Shown: positions 7,912 to 18,400, counted from the stretch's first letter. The stretch: 32,000 bases of DNA from Vitreoscilla massiliensis (GCF_001457815.1 NZ_LN898221.1:463788-495787); one strand, 5' to 3'. Numbers and translations: made by a program. Notes: generated by a model from the letters alone, not told the origin.

Positions 7912-8526
7912 ATGAACACACCGAATAAAGACAATAGTAATAACTTAGATGTTAATGAATCCAATGGATTTAGCTTGCGTTTGAGTCAATTGGTGGCGGA
8001 ATTGCAAATATCTCAGAATGAATTTGCCCGCCTGATTGGATCAACGTCAGCCAATGTCAGCAACATGTTGCGCGGAAAAACAAAACCAGGTTTGGAGTTC
8101 TTGCAGAACATTGCCAACACTTTTGGTATCAGTCTTGATTGGCTGATGATGGGTAAAGGCAATATGTATGGTCATTTTTATATTGATGCAGGATGGCTGG
8201 AATCGGTGTATCTGCGCATCAGCTTGGCCCATGCAGCTGCACGCGGAGATGATGAAGCCATTACATTAATCAGCGACCTATCAAACAAGAATCACAATGT
8301 CTGCCGGATTGATACCGACAAATTGATGTCGGCGATGGAAAAAGAAATGTCAAAATGCGAGCTTTTGACACGGGTATACAACCAATATTTGGATATTGAA
8401 GATGAAGATGTGCGCAATAATTGCGCAATGGAGGCAGCCATCAACTTTTATCAGGTTAAAAGCAAAGATCCATTGCGTAACTTGATGCACACCCATATCA
8501 AATTACGGCCACCTAAACAAAGCTAA
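7912..8526 (+). CDS. HTH transcriptional regulator (XRE / phage CI-repressor-type N-terminus) with an uncharacterised ~120-aa C-terminal domain
   Basis: 204-aa ORF. LRLSQLVAELQISQNEFARLIGSTSANVSNMLRGKTKPGLEFLQNIANTFGISLDWLMMGKGNMY matches the CI-repressor HTH pattern. It is divergent from the Sel1 operon. Confidence 0.75.
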   Translation: MNTPNKDNSNNLDVNESNGFSLRLSQLVAELQISQNEFARLIGSTSANVSNMLRGKTKPGLEFLQNIANTFGISLDWLMMGKGNMYGHFYIDAGWLESVYLRISLAHAAARGDDEAITLISDLSNKNHNVCRIDTDKLMSAMEKEMSKCELLTRVYNQYLDIEDEDVRNNCAMEAAINFYQVKSKDPLRNLMHTHIKLRPPKQS

Positions 8527-8639
8527 AATAACAAAAATTCTAGTGGCTAAAATTTTGATGTTCTGATGTTTTGATGGGTGGCGGCCTGTGCTTGATGCTC
8601 TATTCAAGAACTATTACTAATTGAGCACTACTGATTTTA

Positions 8640-9080
8640 CTATTCTGATTTCGCGGGAAATTGACATAAAAATGGATTAATCAATGTAACTCCTGTTTTT
8701 TCAAAATCTTTCGTATTGCGAGTTACTATGGTTAATCCATTCACCAATGCAGTTGCTGCAATTAAAGCATCACGCTCGAAGCGTGGATTTGGAATATGTA
8801 ATCTCGCACAGGCTAGAGCAACTTTTGTATCAATCGATAATATTCGGCCTGCAAAGGTAGGAATTACTTGAGTCTCAAACCAATTTCTTAAAATTGCACC
8901 TTGAATGGAATCTTTTCTTTCCTTTTGCAAAATCCCCATTTCCAACTCCATGATGCTAATTGCCGAAATATAGAGACTGTCAACATCTAAGTACTCAGCC
9001 CATTGTTTAAAATTCTCATCAGCCTTATTGGTTCTGACTTTACGTAATTCTGAAATTACATTCGTATCAAGAAGAAGCAT
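8640..9080 (-). CDS. vapC: Type II toxin, PIN-domain VapC family
   Basis: 146-aa ORF starting MLLLDTNVISELRK, with further acidic PIN residues (MELEMG, RDALIAATA, TRNTKDF). It is overlap-coupled (TGATG) to the upstream antitoxin. Confidence 0.85.
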   Translation of the reverse strand: MLLLDTNVISELRKVRTNKADENFKQWAEYLDVDSLYISAISIMELEMGILQKERKDSIQGAILRNWFETQVIPTFAGRILSIDTKVALACARLHIPNPRFERDALIAATALVNGLTIVTRNTKDFEKTGVTLINPFLCQFPAKSE

Positions 9081-9319
9081 CAGTCAAAATCCACTTGCTT
9101 TGGTGAAATACTGAGTTTTTCAGGCTCAAAATCAATATCATCATTTAAACTTAATAAATCAATTATTTTGGGCTGAAAACCTTTCAATTTCATATACTCA
9201 TCATAGTTAATTAAGACGTGAGATGGCTTTCCTCGCTCAGTGATGATAACAGGACTAGCTAAACTTTCTCGTTTAGCTCGACCAACATCTTGATTGAATT
9301 CTCTACTACTCATTTTCAT
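9080..9319 (-). CDS. Type II antitoxin, Phd/YefM family, partner of VapC
   Basis: 79-aa ORF. MKMSSREFNQDVGRAKRESLASPVIITERGKPSHVLINYDEYMKL is the Phd/YefM N-terminal fold signature. It sits immediately 5' of vapC. Confidence 0.8.
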   Translation of the reverse strand: MKMSSREFNQDVGRAKRESLASPVIITERGKPSHVLINYDEYMKLKGFQPKIIDLLSLNDDIDFEPEKLSISPKQVDFD

Positions 9320-9401
9320 GTCAAATACTCCAACAAATGAATATTTGTAGATATGTAACTACATTTCAATGGTGTTAATCAATACAGAAACATATCACCA
9401 T

Positions 9402-9788
9402 TCAAACAGCTAGAATTGTATGCCCATACTTGATTATTTTCTCATCCGTACTCAGTAAGGTAATTCCTTCAACCCTTGATTGTGCAATCAAAATTCGATC
9501 AAAAGGATTTTTGTGAATATCAGGTAGATATTGAGTTTCTGCTGCATGCTTGCCTGAAATGATTAACTCACTGTATCCGTTATCTAATAGTGAGCGTCTT
9601 AATAAGGATGAATCAATTTGAAAATTTGGACGCCCTAAGACCGACTTAATAGCAATTTCCCAAATACTGGCAGCGCTAAACAATAATTCATTATTCAAAT
9701 CTTCTATTACACGTCTTGCTTTTTGACTAAGTTTTGCATCATCTGTAACAGCCCATAGTAAGATATGGGTATCTAATAACTATTTCAT
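9402..9788 (-). pseudogene. Second PIN-domain toxin, inactivated by a TAG at codon 3
   Basis: The minus strand from 9788 reads ATG AAA TAG TTA TTA GAT ACC CAT..., giving MK*LLDTHILLWAVTDDAKLSQKARRVIEDLNNELLFSAASIWEIAIK... The catalytic N-terminal LLDTH motif lies after the stop (9780-9782). The annotated 98-aa ORF is the remainder, which lacks the first PIN aspartate. Confidence 0.7.
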
Positions 9789-10016
9789 TCGTCAGCACCA
9801 TTAAACAGTGATGCAATCTCATCCTCACCCAGCGTATCAAAATCATCAGGGACATTTAGTTGCATAAAACCAATTCTTTTGGGGGGTTTGAATTTGTTTT
9901 TGATAAGGGATAACTTGCATCAAAGGTTTTCCAGATTTGGCGATTACAAATGGTTCATTTTCATTAACCAGCTTCGATAAATTAGTTTTCACCTCATGAA
10001 TATTAATAGTCCGCAT
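9785..10016 (-). pseudogene. Phd/YefM-type antitoxin of the second TA locus, frameshifted
   Basis: ATG at 10016 gives MRTINIHEVKTNLSKLVNENEPFVIAKSGKPLMQVIPYQKQ. The natural C-terminus (KPPKRIGFMQLNVPDDFDTLGEDEIASLFNGADE*, whose stop overlaps the toxin ATG as ATGA at 9785-9788) is in another frame. The switch lies between about 9880 and 9905 and includes a G6 run at 9881-9886. Confidence 0.65.
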
Positions 10017-10103
10017 AATTCAATTCTCCTATTAAATAAACTTAGTCTATCAAACTTAGTTTACTTAAAAAAAGCATTATCATACAACTCATCCAGGCAA
10101 AAG

Positions 10104-10172
10104 ATGGCCCACATCACACTATGTGGGCCATCTTCTTTACTGCACCAACCTAAGACCACTTACTCACATTCA
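10104..10172. repeat. Copy A of a 69-bp direct repeat, matching the 3' end of tpsB plus its terminator hairpin
   Basis: 64/69 identical to 10735-10803. It contains a perfect hairpin, ATGGCCCACAT-cacact-ATGTGGGCCAT. Confidence 0.85.
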
Positions 10173-10279
10173 GGATGAAACGTGAGTATGTTTTTACCGC
10201 CCGCATAGTGGGTAAGAACACCAACGTCGATTCCATATATTGTTAAGCGTAATGCATCAACCTTTTCCAATGCTTTCAT
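10160..10279 (-). pseudogene. hipA: hipA 5' stub of 39 codons, truncated where repeat copy A begins
   Basis: MKALEKVDALRLTIYGIDVGVLTHYAGGKNILTFHPECE* resembles the HipA N-terminal coupling region (L.V...G..VG.L.....G...F.Y). The start overlaps the hipB stop (TAATG at 10277-10281). The last codons and the stop lie inside repeat copy A. Confidence 0.5.
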
Positions 10280-10566
10280 TAATCATCACCCGAATTAAAC
10301 CAAAAGCTGACATTATCATCACTGTCTGATAGATTTGATTGTGGGTCTTCGCGGCTTGTTCTTTGACTCAATGGCTGCAATACCAACTCCAATTCCAAAC
10401 CTTCAAGAATCCTAAGAAAAGAAGACAATCGTATATCATTACCAGCCTCTGCTCTTTGATATTGCTGTTGTTTCATTCCAATGCGCATGTACATATCACC
10501 TTGTTCTAAATCCAAAGCTTTACGCCGATCAGAAAGAAATTCTGAAATTTCAGTGAGTGTTTTCAT
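10279..10566 (-). CDS. hipB: XRE-family HTH antitoxin, HipB-like
   Basis: 95-aa ORF with an HTH (MKQQQYQRAEAGNDIRLSSFLRILEGLELELVL) and an acidic tail. It is coupled to the hipA stub. Confidence 0.6.
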   Translation of the reverse strand: MKTLTEISEFLSDRRKALDLEQGDMYMRIGMKQQQYQRAEAGNDIRLSSFLRILEGLELELVLQPLSQRTSREDPQSNLSDSDDNVSFWFNSGDD

Positions 10567-10721
10567 TATTTAGCAACCATAAAATAAAACAATACATTAG
10601 TTGTTTACTAATCAGATAACAACTAAGTGTATTGTTTTATTCAGTAGCTATTCACCACTTCTGGCTTAACCTTCAATCAACGCAGTTCTATCTATTCCAC
10701 AATAAGCAATATTGTAACAAC

Positions 10722-10762
10722 GTAAAAACTAAAAATGGCCCACATCACACTATGCGGGCCAT
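10722..10762 (-). terminator. Rho-independent terminator of tpsB
   Basis: On the minus strand, AUGGCCCGCAU-agugug-AUGUGGGCCAU forms an 11-bp stem with one G-U pair, followed by UUUUUAGUUUUU. It starts 19 nt after the tpsB stop. Confidence 0.65.
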
Positions 10763-10803
10763 CTTCTTTACTGCACCTACCTAAAACCGTTTACTCACAT
10801 TCA
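10735..10803. repeat. Copy B of the 69-bp direct repeat: the authentic tpsB 3' end plus terminator
   Basis: See copy A. This copy covers the last 8 tpsB codons including the stop (..LNVSKRF*) and the terminator hairpin. Confidence 0.85.
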
Positions 10804-12457
10804 ACCACGCCTGTACATCATTGCGGTCATCCACGGTGCTGGGTTGGTGGCCAAACGGGAAACCAATGCGGGCTTGCGCCTGCCATAGTCTGCTGTTTTG
10901 CCAATCCAAGCCTAAACCAACACTGTTAATGCGGGCTTTGTTGCTGCCGCTAAAGCCTTTCCATTTGTCGGCCACAAATTGTGCTTGGGCGGTGTCCACA
11001 TACACTTTGCCCAACAATTGGTTTTTATTGGAATTGAGTAAATTTTGACGCAATTCGGTAATAGCATAATAGCCACTGCTGCCACCCAAGACGCTGGATT
11101 TGTAGCCACTGACGGTATATGGCCCACCTGCACTGAAGCCATCAGCTTCTAAATTGTCAGGGCTGTATTGACCTTGTAAGCTCGCATACAACTGCGTACC
11201 GTGTTTGCCCAAGTTCTGCAAACGGGCGATGTTGGCACTGAACAGTTTAAACGTGCCTTGATTGCGGTTGGTCAATTCGTCCAATGCTCGGGCTTTATCA
11301 TTGGTGAAGTCGACACGTCCCACTGCAGCAGCGATGCCAAACTGATTCAAACCGCCCCCACCCACATCATCAAAGCGAAAGGCATCGAGACGGATGCGGC
11401 CTGTATCGACATTGCGATGGCGGTAAGTCTTGGCCAAACCCACATCGTCTTTGATGCGTTTGTGGTCATAGGAAGTGGTGGCCACCACTTCGGTTTGATT
11501 GTTCAACACCAAGGGATGGCTTAACCATACGGTGGCTTGATCGGCACTGCCTTCTGCATCCAATACTTTCAACGCCTTACCCAGTTCATATTCCAAACGT
11601 GAGTAGCTGACACCAGCTTTGGTACCGGCACCATTCAAGGTCAACTCATACGCCAATTTACCGTAGTTGAAGCGTTTACCAGCACTGGTGCCTTCAAAGC
11701 TCAGTTGGTCCCCTAAACCCAATAGATTATTGGCCATCACTCCGGCATTGAGACGCACTTCGCCAGTGTACTCATTGCCATAATTGTCTAAACCCACATA
11801 ACCGCTGAGGGTTTTGGTGGGGATGACATCGATGTTCACATTGCTGCTGCCGGTGGTACTGCCAGCGCTGATGCTGCTGCGGGTGGTGACGCCATTCAAA
11901 CGGTTGAGCAATTTGATCTGCCGTTCCAAATCTTGGCGTTTGATTACTTTGCCGTTTTGCAATGGCGCAACAGTGGCCTGTAACAAACTGTCTTTGGTGC
12001 GGGTTTGGTTATTGAGGATGATTTGGTCGTATTTGGCTTCCAGAATCCGTATCACCACCACACCGGTGTTGAGGTTTTGTGGAGGCAAATAGGCGCGGTG
12101 GTAAGGATAGCCTTGCTGTTGGTAATAATGGCTGACCTTATCGGCCAATTGTTGTAATTGGCCAATATTGAGGGTTTTGCCCTCGGCATCGGCCACCACA
12201 ACATGTACAGCTTCGCTACTGAGGCTGCCACTGCCTTCGATGTGTATGCGCTCTACCCGCACCGTCTGTTGTCCCTCCAGCGCTTGGGCGATGGGGCTGC
12301 TGTCTTCCCAAGTTGCGGCCTGTTGCGGCTGTGTCGGCAAACGCTGTTCTTGTTGCTGTTGTAACAATTGGCTGGCATTGGGCACCATATCTGCCAGTGC
12401 TGGCAATGCCCACAATGCCAATACGGCCATACTGAGTTGGTTTAACTTGGCCTTCAT
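10781..12457 (-). CDS. tpsB: Two-partner-secretion outer-membrane transporter TpsB (ShlB/FhaC/HecB family)
   Basis: 558-aa ORF. It has a signal peptide (MKAKLNQLSMAVLALWALPALA), a POTRA-like region (VRVERIHIEGSG...LNIGQLQQLADKVSHYYQQQGYPYHRAYLPPQNL..GVVVIRILEAKYDQI), a beta-barrel and a C-terminal aromatic residue (KRF). The start overlaps the tpsA stop (TAATG). Confidence 0.9.
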   Translation of the reverse strand: MKAKLNQLSMAVLALWALPALADMVPNASQLLQQQQEQRLPTQPQQAATWEDSSPIAQALEGQQTVRVERIHIEGSGSLSSEAVHVVVADAEGKTLNIGQLQQLADKVSHYYQQQGYPYHRAYLPPQNLNTGVVVIRILEAKYDQIILNNQTRTKDSLLQATVAPLQNGKVIKRQDLERQIKLLNRLNGVTTRSSISAGSTTGSSNVNIDVIPTKTLSGYVGLDNYGNEYTGEVRLNAGVMANNLLGLGDQLSFEGTSAGKRFNYGKLAYELTLNGAGTKAGVSYSRLEYELGKALKVLDAEGSADQATVWLSHPLVLNNQTEVVATTSYDHKRIKDDVGLAKTYRHRNVDTGRIRLDAFRFDDVGGGGLNQFGIAAAVGRVDFTNDKARALDELTNRNQGTFKLFSANIARLQNLGKHGTQLYASLQGQYSPDNLEADGFSAGGPYTVSGYKSSVLGGSSGYYAITELRQNLLNSNKNQLLGKVYVDTAQAQFVADKWKGFSGSNKARINSVGLGLDWQNSRLWQAQARIGFPFGHQPSTVDDRNDVQAWLNVSKRF

Positions 12458-15400
12458 TAGCGCAATCCCCCTGAAAGTGTTTGGATGCCATTGGTGTTGA
12501 CACCATTGCCGATGATTTCGATGTGGACGGGATTGCCGTTCAATGGATTTTTGAGTTTGTCTTCATCATCGAAGTCTATGGCACGTCGGTAAGGATTGCC
12601 TGTTGGTGCTTGCATTTGTGGTCTGGCGGTTGGGGCCACAGTTGGTGGCACTGTCGGCACTGCCGCAATGTTCACCGTGGTGGTGGTCGGCGCACCATCC
12701 CACTCGTAATTGCTGGCATCGGCACCGGCCAAATCGATATCGGTTATGGACACCTGTTGTGTACCCACTTGGTTGTTGGCCAAACTGCCTTGGGCAGCAC
12801 TGATGAATACCTGATCGCCTGCCACCACATTGCTTAAGTGTGCACCAGACACATCAATGCCGACATCGGTACTGGCATTGATTTGACGGTCTATGCCTTT
12901 CAAACCGGTGACTTTGCCTATAGAAGCCTTATCTATGTCAACGGTGGTTTGGCCACTGCTGTTGTCCAATTCATAATTACCAGCATCGGCACCACTCAAA
13001 CTCAAACCACTGATGCTGACCAACTTGCTGGAACCGGCATTTTTATTCGCCATCGTGCCGGTGCCTGTTTGCGCCACCGTCACATCATCCGAGCCAAAAA
13101 TGGTGCCAACAATGTGGGCCTTGCTGTAATCCAATGCCACATCGAGCAAACCGTTGTAATCGCGATTGAGCGCAGCAATGTCGGCAATTGAGCTTAATTT
13201 GGCTTTATCAATCTGCCCACTGGCATTTTGACTGACCACCACATAGTTATTGCCGCCATTGCCATCGTCGACCACATAACCAGTGTCCACCAGCAAATCA
13301 CGGCTACCAGCATTACGACTGTCGAAGGATTGCGACAGACCAGTGACACTGTCACCAGCGACCAAACCAGAATACGTTACTGCACCTTTGGAATTCGTCG
13401 TGCCATCGTAAGTACGGCTGTCGGATGCGGCCTGTAACACAAGATTAGCCTTGTTAATCGTGCCGCTGGCTTTGTTTTCAATAACATTGTAATTACCGCC
13501 ACCATTGCCATCGTTGACCACATAACCTGCATTTACCGATAAGTCACGGCTGCCAGCGTTGCGGCTATCGAAGGATTGCGACAGACCCGTGACACTGTCA
13601 CCGGCGACCAAACCAGCATACGTCACTGCGCCTTTGGAGTTTGTTGTGCCATCATAAGTACGGCTGTCAGTAGCGGCCTGTAACACAAGATTAGCCTTGT
13701 TAATCGTGCCACTGGCTTTATTCTCCACCACATTGTAGTTGCCACCGCCATTGCCATCGTTAACCACATAGCCAGCGTCCACCAACAAATCACGACTGCC
13801 GGCATTGCGGCTGTCGAAGGATTGCGACAGACCGGTCACGCTGTCACCGGCTACTAAGCCAGCCACAGTTACAGCGACGTTGGAATTCGTCGTGCCATCA
13901 TAAGTGCGGGTGTCAGTAGCGGCCTGTAAGGTTAAATTGGCTTTGTTAATGGTGCCACTGGCTTTGTTTACTACCACATTGTAATTGCCACCGGCATTGC
14001 CATCGTTAACCACATAACCTGCGTTCACCAACAAATCGCGGCTGCCGGCGTTGCGGCTGTCGAAGGATTGGCTGAGATTGGTCAGGGCATCATTGCCCAT
14101 CAAACCAGTCACAATGACTTGTTTGGCAGAATTCGTGGTGCCATCGTAAGTACGGTTGTCTGTAGCGGCCTGTAAGGTCAGATTGGCTTTATTAATCGTG
14201 CCACTGGCTTTGTTCTCCACCACATTGTAGTTGCCACCGCCATTGCCATCGTTAACCACATAACCTGCATTTACCGATAGGTCACGGCTGCCAGCATTGC
14301 GGCTGTCGAAGGATTGCGATAGACCAGATACGCTGTCACCAGCTACCAAACCAGAATACGTCACTGCGCCTTTGGAATTCGTGGTGCCATCGTAAGTGCG
14401 GCTGTCTGTAGCGGCCTGTAAGGTTAAATTGGCCTTGTTAATCGTACCGCTGGCTTTGTTTTCAATAACATTGTAGTTGCCGCCGCCATTACCATCGTTA
14501 ACCACATAGCCAGCGTCCACCAACAAATCACGGCTACCGGCATTGCGGTTGTCGAAGGATTGCGACAGACCGGTCACACTGTCACCGGCGACCAAACCAG
14601 CATACGTTACTGCACCTTTGGAATTCGTGGTGCCATCGTAAGTACGGTTGTCTGTAGCGGCCTGTAAGGTTAAATTGGCTTTATTAATCGTGCCACTGGC
14701 TTTGTTCTCCACTACATTGTAATTACCGCCGCCATTGCCATCGTTAACCACATAGCCAACATCCACCGACAAATCACGGCTACCGGCATTGCGGTTGTCG
14801 AAAGATTGGCTGAGATTGGTCAGGGCATCATTGCCCATTAAACCAGTCACAATGACTTGTTGGGCAGAATTCGTCGTGCCATCGTAAGTACGAGTATCTG
14901 TAGCGGCCTGTAAGGTCAGATTGGCTTTACCAATGGTCAAATCACCTTTTTGGTAGGTAATGTCGTAATTGCCTGAGCTTAAGCCACCCGCATCAATCAC
15001 ATATGTGCCGGCATTCTTCGCACCTTGTGAAGTACCGCTGTATGTCACCGCTCCACCCAACACACTGGCGGTTTCGCCACCGACAAAGCCTGAGTAGCTG
15101 ACGCCATTGCCACCGGCATAGGCTGTGGCATCGTAAACTTTGTTGGCATTATTGGCAGTCACCGTTAAGGCGGCTTTATTGATAGTGAGGCGGGAATCAC
15201 GGTCGCCGACCAAATCGTAGCCTTGTTGGTGTGAGTAATAAACCAAGTCATAGACATTGACATTGGTGCCTGTACCCGTGCCTTGTTGCAAAACATTCGC
15301 GTCCACACCTGTGGTCGCACCGAAGCTGTGTTGTTGTGCATCGTAGGTAATGGTGTTGTCTGCACCGGCATTGATGGTTTTTTGCGTTAAGAAGTTGCGC

Positions 15401-18400
15401 AATAAAGGCGCGGTTTGGCCGGAATAAATGCGCCATACCTTGCCTGTGCCACCGACATCGTCTATGTCCCAACCGGCGTTGATAAAGGTATTCACATCCA
15501 TGATTTGCGCTGTGCTCACGCCATTGGCACCGGCGCCGCCAGCACTGCTGTTTTGAGCGCTGGATTGCGTGTCCCAGAAACTGCTGGCAACCTGTGTTGT
15601 GGCATCGGTGCTGCCGATTAAGCCACCGACATTACTCGTACCTGTCACCAAACCGCGGGCATAGGTTTGGGCAATACTGCTGCTGCCCACACTGTTACCC
15701 ACCAAACCACCGACTTGGTTGCGGCCTGTCACCGCGCCCACCGCATAAGCATTGCTGATGCTGCTGTTTTCATTCAAACCCACCAAACCACCAACCGCAT
15801 CACCATTGCTGCTCACCGTTCCGCTGGCATAGGCAATGTTGACACTCCCCTTTTGATGGTAACCGATTAAACCACCGACTTTGTCGCCCGTACCGGTAAC
15901 CCCTCCTGTTGCATACACATTGCTGATGAAACCTCCGATGCCTTTAGCTGGATCAGTAGTGCCATTACTGCCTATCAACCCACCCACATGGTTAGCTCCA
16001 ACCACTTTACCCGTGGCAAAACTGTCATCAATGCGATACATTTCACCGTAATAACCGATAAAGCTGCCCACCAAACCACCTACATGATCGCGACCTGTTA
16101 CCGCACCAGTAGCCTGAACATTTTTCAATATGCTGTACTGGTTGTAGCCGATCAAACCACCAATATGATCCAGCCCAGTGACATTTCCAGTAGCGTAACT
16201 GTTGCTGATGTACCCTCCCTGAGCAAACGTCACTTCTTCATCCCCATTGAGCCCAATCAAACCACCCACATTGTTAGGGCCGGTAACATTACCAGTAGCA
16301 TGGCTATTGCGTACGGGTGCTTGGCTATTTTGTCCAATCAGCCCGCCGGCAAAAGTATTGGCATTACCGGCTGTCGCCACCATACTGACATTGCCTGTAG
16401 CATGGCTGTTCGCAATGGCACTCAAATAAGAGGACGCAATCCCCACCAAACCACCCGCCGAGGCGCTATTTACAGTCGCTTCAACCGTCACATCACCGCT
16501 AGCATGGCTATTGTGAATAAAGTTTGGGGCTCCTAACATACCGGCATTAGGTGCATAGCCCGCACCCAGTAAGCCACCGGCAAACACTTTCTCAGCCAGT
16601 CCAGACGTCACCACATGAACAGCGCCCTTAGCATAACTGTCATAGACATCTCCATAGCTGGCACCTGCTAAACCTCCGGCCAAAACCCTGCCTAAATTGC
16701 TGCGAGCACTGACTGCACCCGTTGCATGGCTATTGCTGATGCTCCCCATTTTGGCTTGTCCATGCAAGCCAACCAAGCCTCCTGCCAAGGCATAAACCAT
16801 AGTAGGATTGCCATTCCCAACAACATCGATGGATACATCTCCTGTCGCATGGCTATTGCTGATAAAGCTGCCTGCAGCATCATTACGTCCTAGCAAGCCA
16901 CCGGCACTGACATCAATATTCTTCATTCCTGCCGCTGCAGGCGTCACTGTAAGCGCGACTTTGACATTGCCATGAGCATAACTATTGTCAATACTGCCGT
17001 AGGCGTTATAACCCACCAAACCGCCAGCATGTACAGATGCATCGGTATTCTTTGCCTCAACATCACCTTGCGCATAGGAATTTTTAACAGTCACCAATGC
17101 TGTCGCAGGGCTACCAGCATTCCGACCAATTAATCCACCCACTTCATTAGCGCCACTCACATCAGCAGTGGTGTGCGCATTGCTGACTTGACTGTTCTCA
17201 TTCCAACCCACCAGACCACCGACTTGATTGCGGCCTGTAACCTTACCTGCGGCATAGACATTGCTCAGATTACCTATTTTGTTGTAACCAATCAGACCAC
17301 CGACTTGGTCGTCTGTGCCGCTGACATCACCCGTAGCATAAGCGTTACTGACATTGCCACCATTGCTTTGAGCATCACCATTGGCACCGATTAAGCCGCC
17401 GACATGGTTGTTGCCACTGACATCACCGCTGGCAAAACTGTTGGTAACTTGCCCATTTCGATTCAAACCAATCAAACCACCGGCAAACGTCTTGGCAGCT
17501 TGTGCCACCACAATACCTGTGGCATGGCTGTCATCTATCTGCCCCGATTCATGCCATCCCACCAAACCACCTACATAGGCTTGGCTGGTATTGATATTGG
17601 CATGGGCACTGACATTACCTGTCGCGTGCACGCCACTCAAGGCCTGCGAATTATACGCCACGGCCCCACCGGCATAGGCATTGGACAAATTGGACTCAGC
17701 CCTCACATCGCCATCGGCTTGTGCTTGCTCAATGACTGAGCGGTTAAAACCCACCAAGCCTGCTGCATAAGCTTCACCAGTATTGGCACGGGCAGTGACA
17801 CTGCCACGGACATGGGCATTATGGATGCGGCCATTTTCATGGTAAGCCACCAAGCCAGCTGCCTCAGTCCAGCCGAGATTGGAACTGGCGCTCACATCGC
17901 CGCTGCTTGTGGCATTAAGAATGTTGCCATTGGTGTTGTAAGCCACCAAGCCAGCTGCATAAGAGTACTGCTGTTCAGAATGCGCCGTCACCGTGCCCGT
18001 GGCCTGAGTGTCGGTCATATCGCCCTGAGTGTTGTAAGCCACCAAGCCACCCGCGTAGGCCACACCCCCTTCAGCATTGGCAGTGACATTACCCGAAGCA
18101 TGGCTGTTGCTGATGTTGCCACTGCTTTTGCCCACCAAGCCACCAGCATAAGCATAAGCAGCGCTGGCATTGGCCGTCACCGCACCTGTGGCATGGCTGT
18201 TACTGATGGTGCTGTTGTCGTTAAAACCCACCAAACCGCCAGCATAAGCATTAGCAGAGCTGGAATTGGCCGTCACCGTACCTGTGGCATGGCTGTTGCT
18301 GATGTTGCCCCAGTTTAGCCCTACCAAACCACCCGCAATGGCTTCTCCATTGGCACTTTTGGCTTCCACTCGTCCTTGGGCATACACACCTTCAATCAGG

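Noticed and set aside
12457-12700. A contact-dependent inhibition (CdiA-type) toxin tip with a downstream immunity gene.
   Set aside because: There is no VENN or similar pre-toxin motif in the C-terminal region. tpsA is followed directly (TAATG overlap) by tpsB, not by a small immunity ORF. The C-terminus is Pro-rich plus a short unique tail.
13213-14934. The regular 246-bp periodic repeats could be mistaken for a CRISPR-like array or a satellite.
   Set aside because: The units are contiguous with no unique spacers, are far longer than CRISPR repeats, and are in frame within tpsA, where they encode a recognisable protein module.
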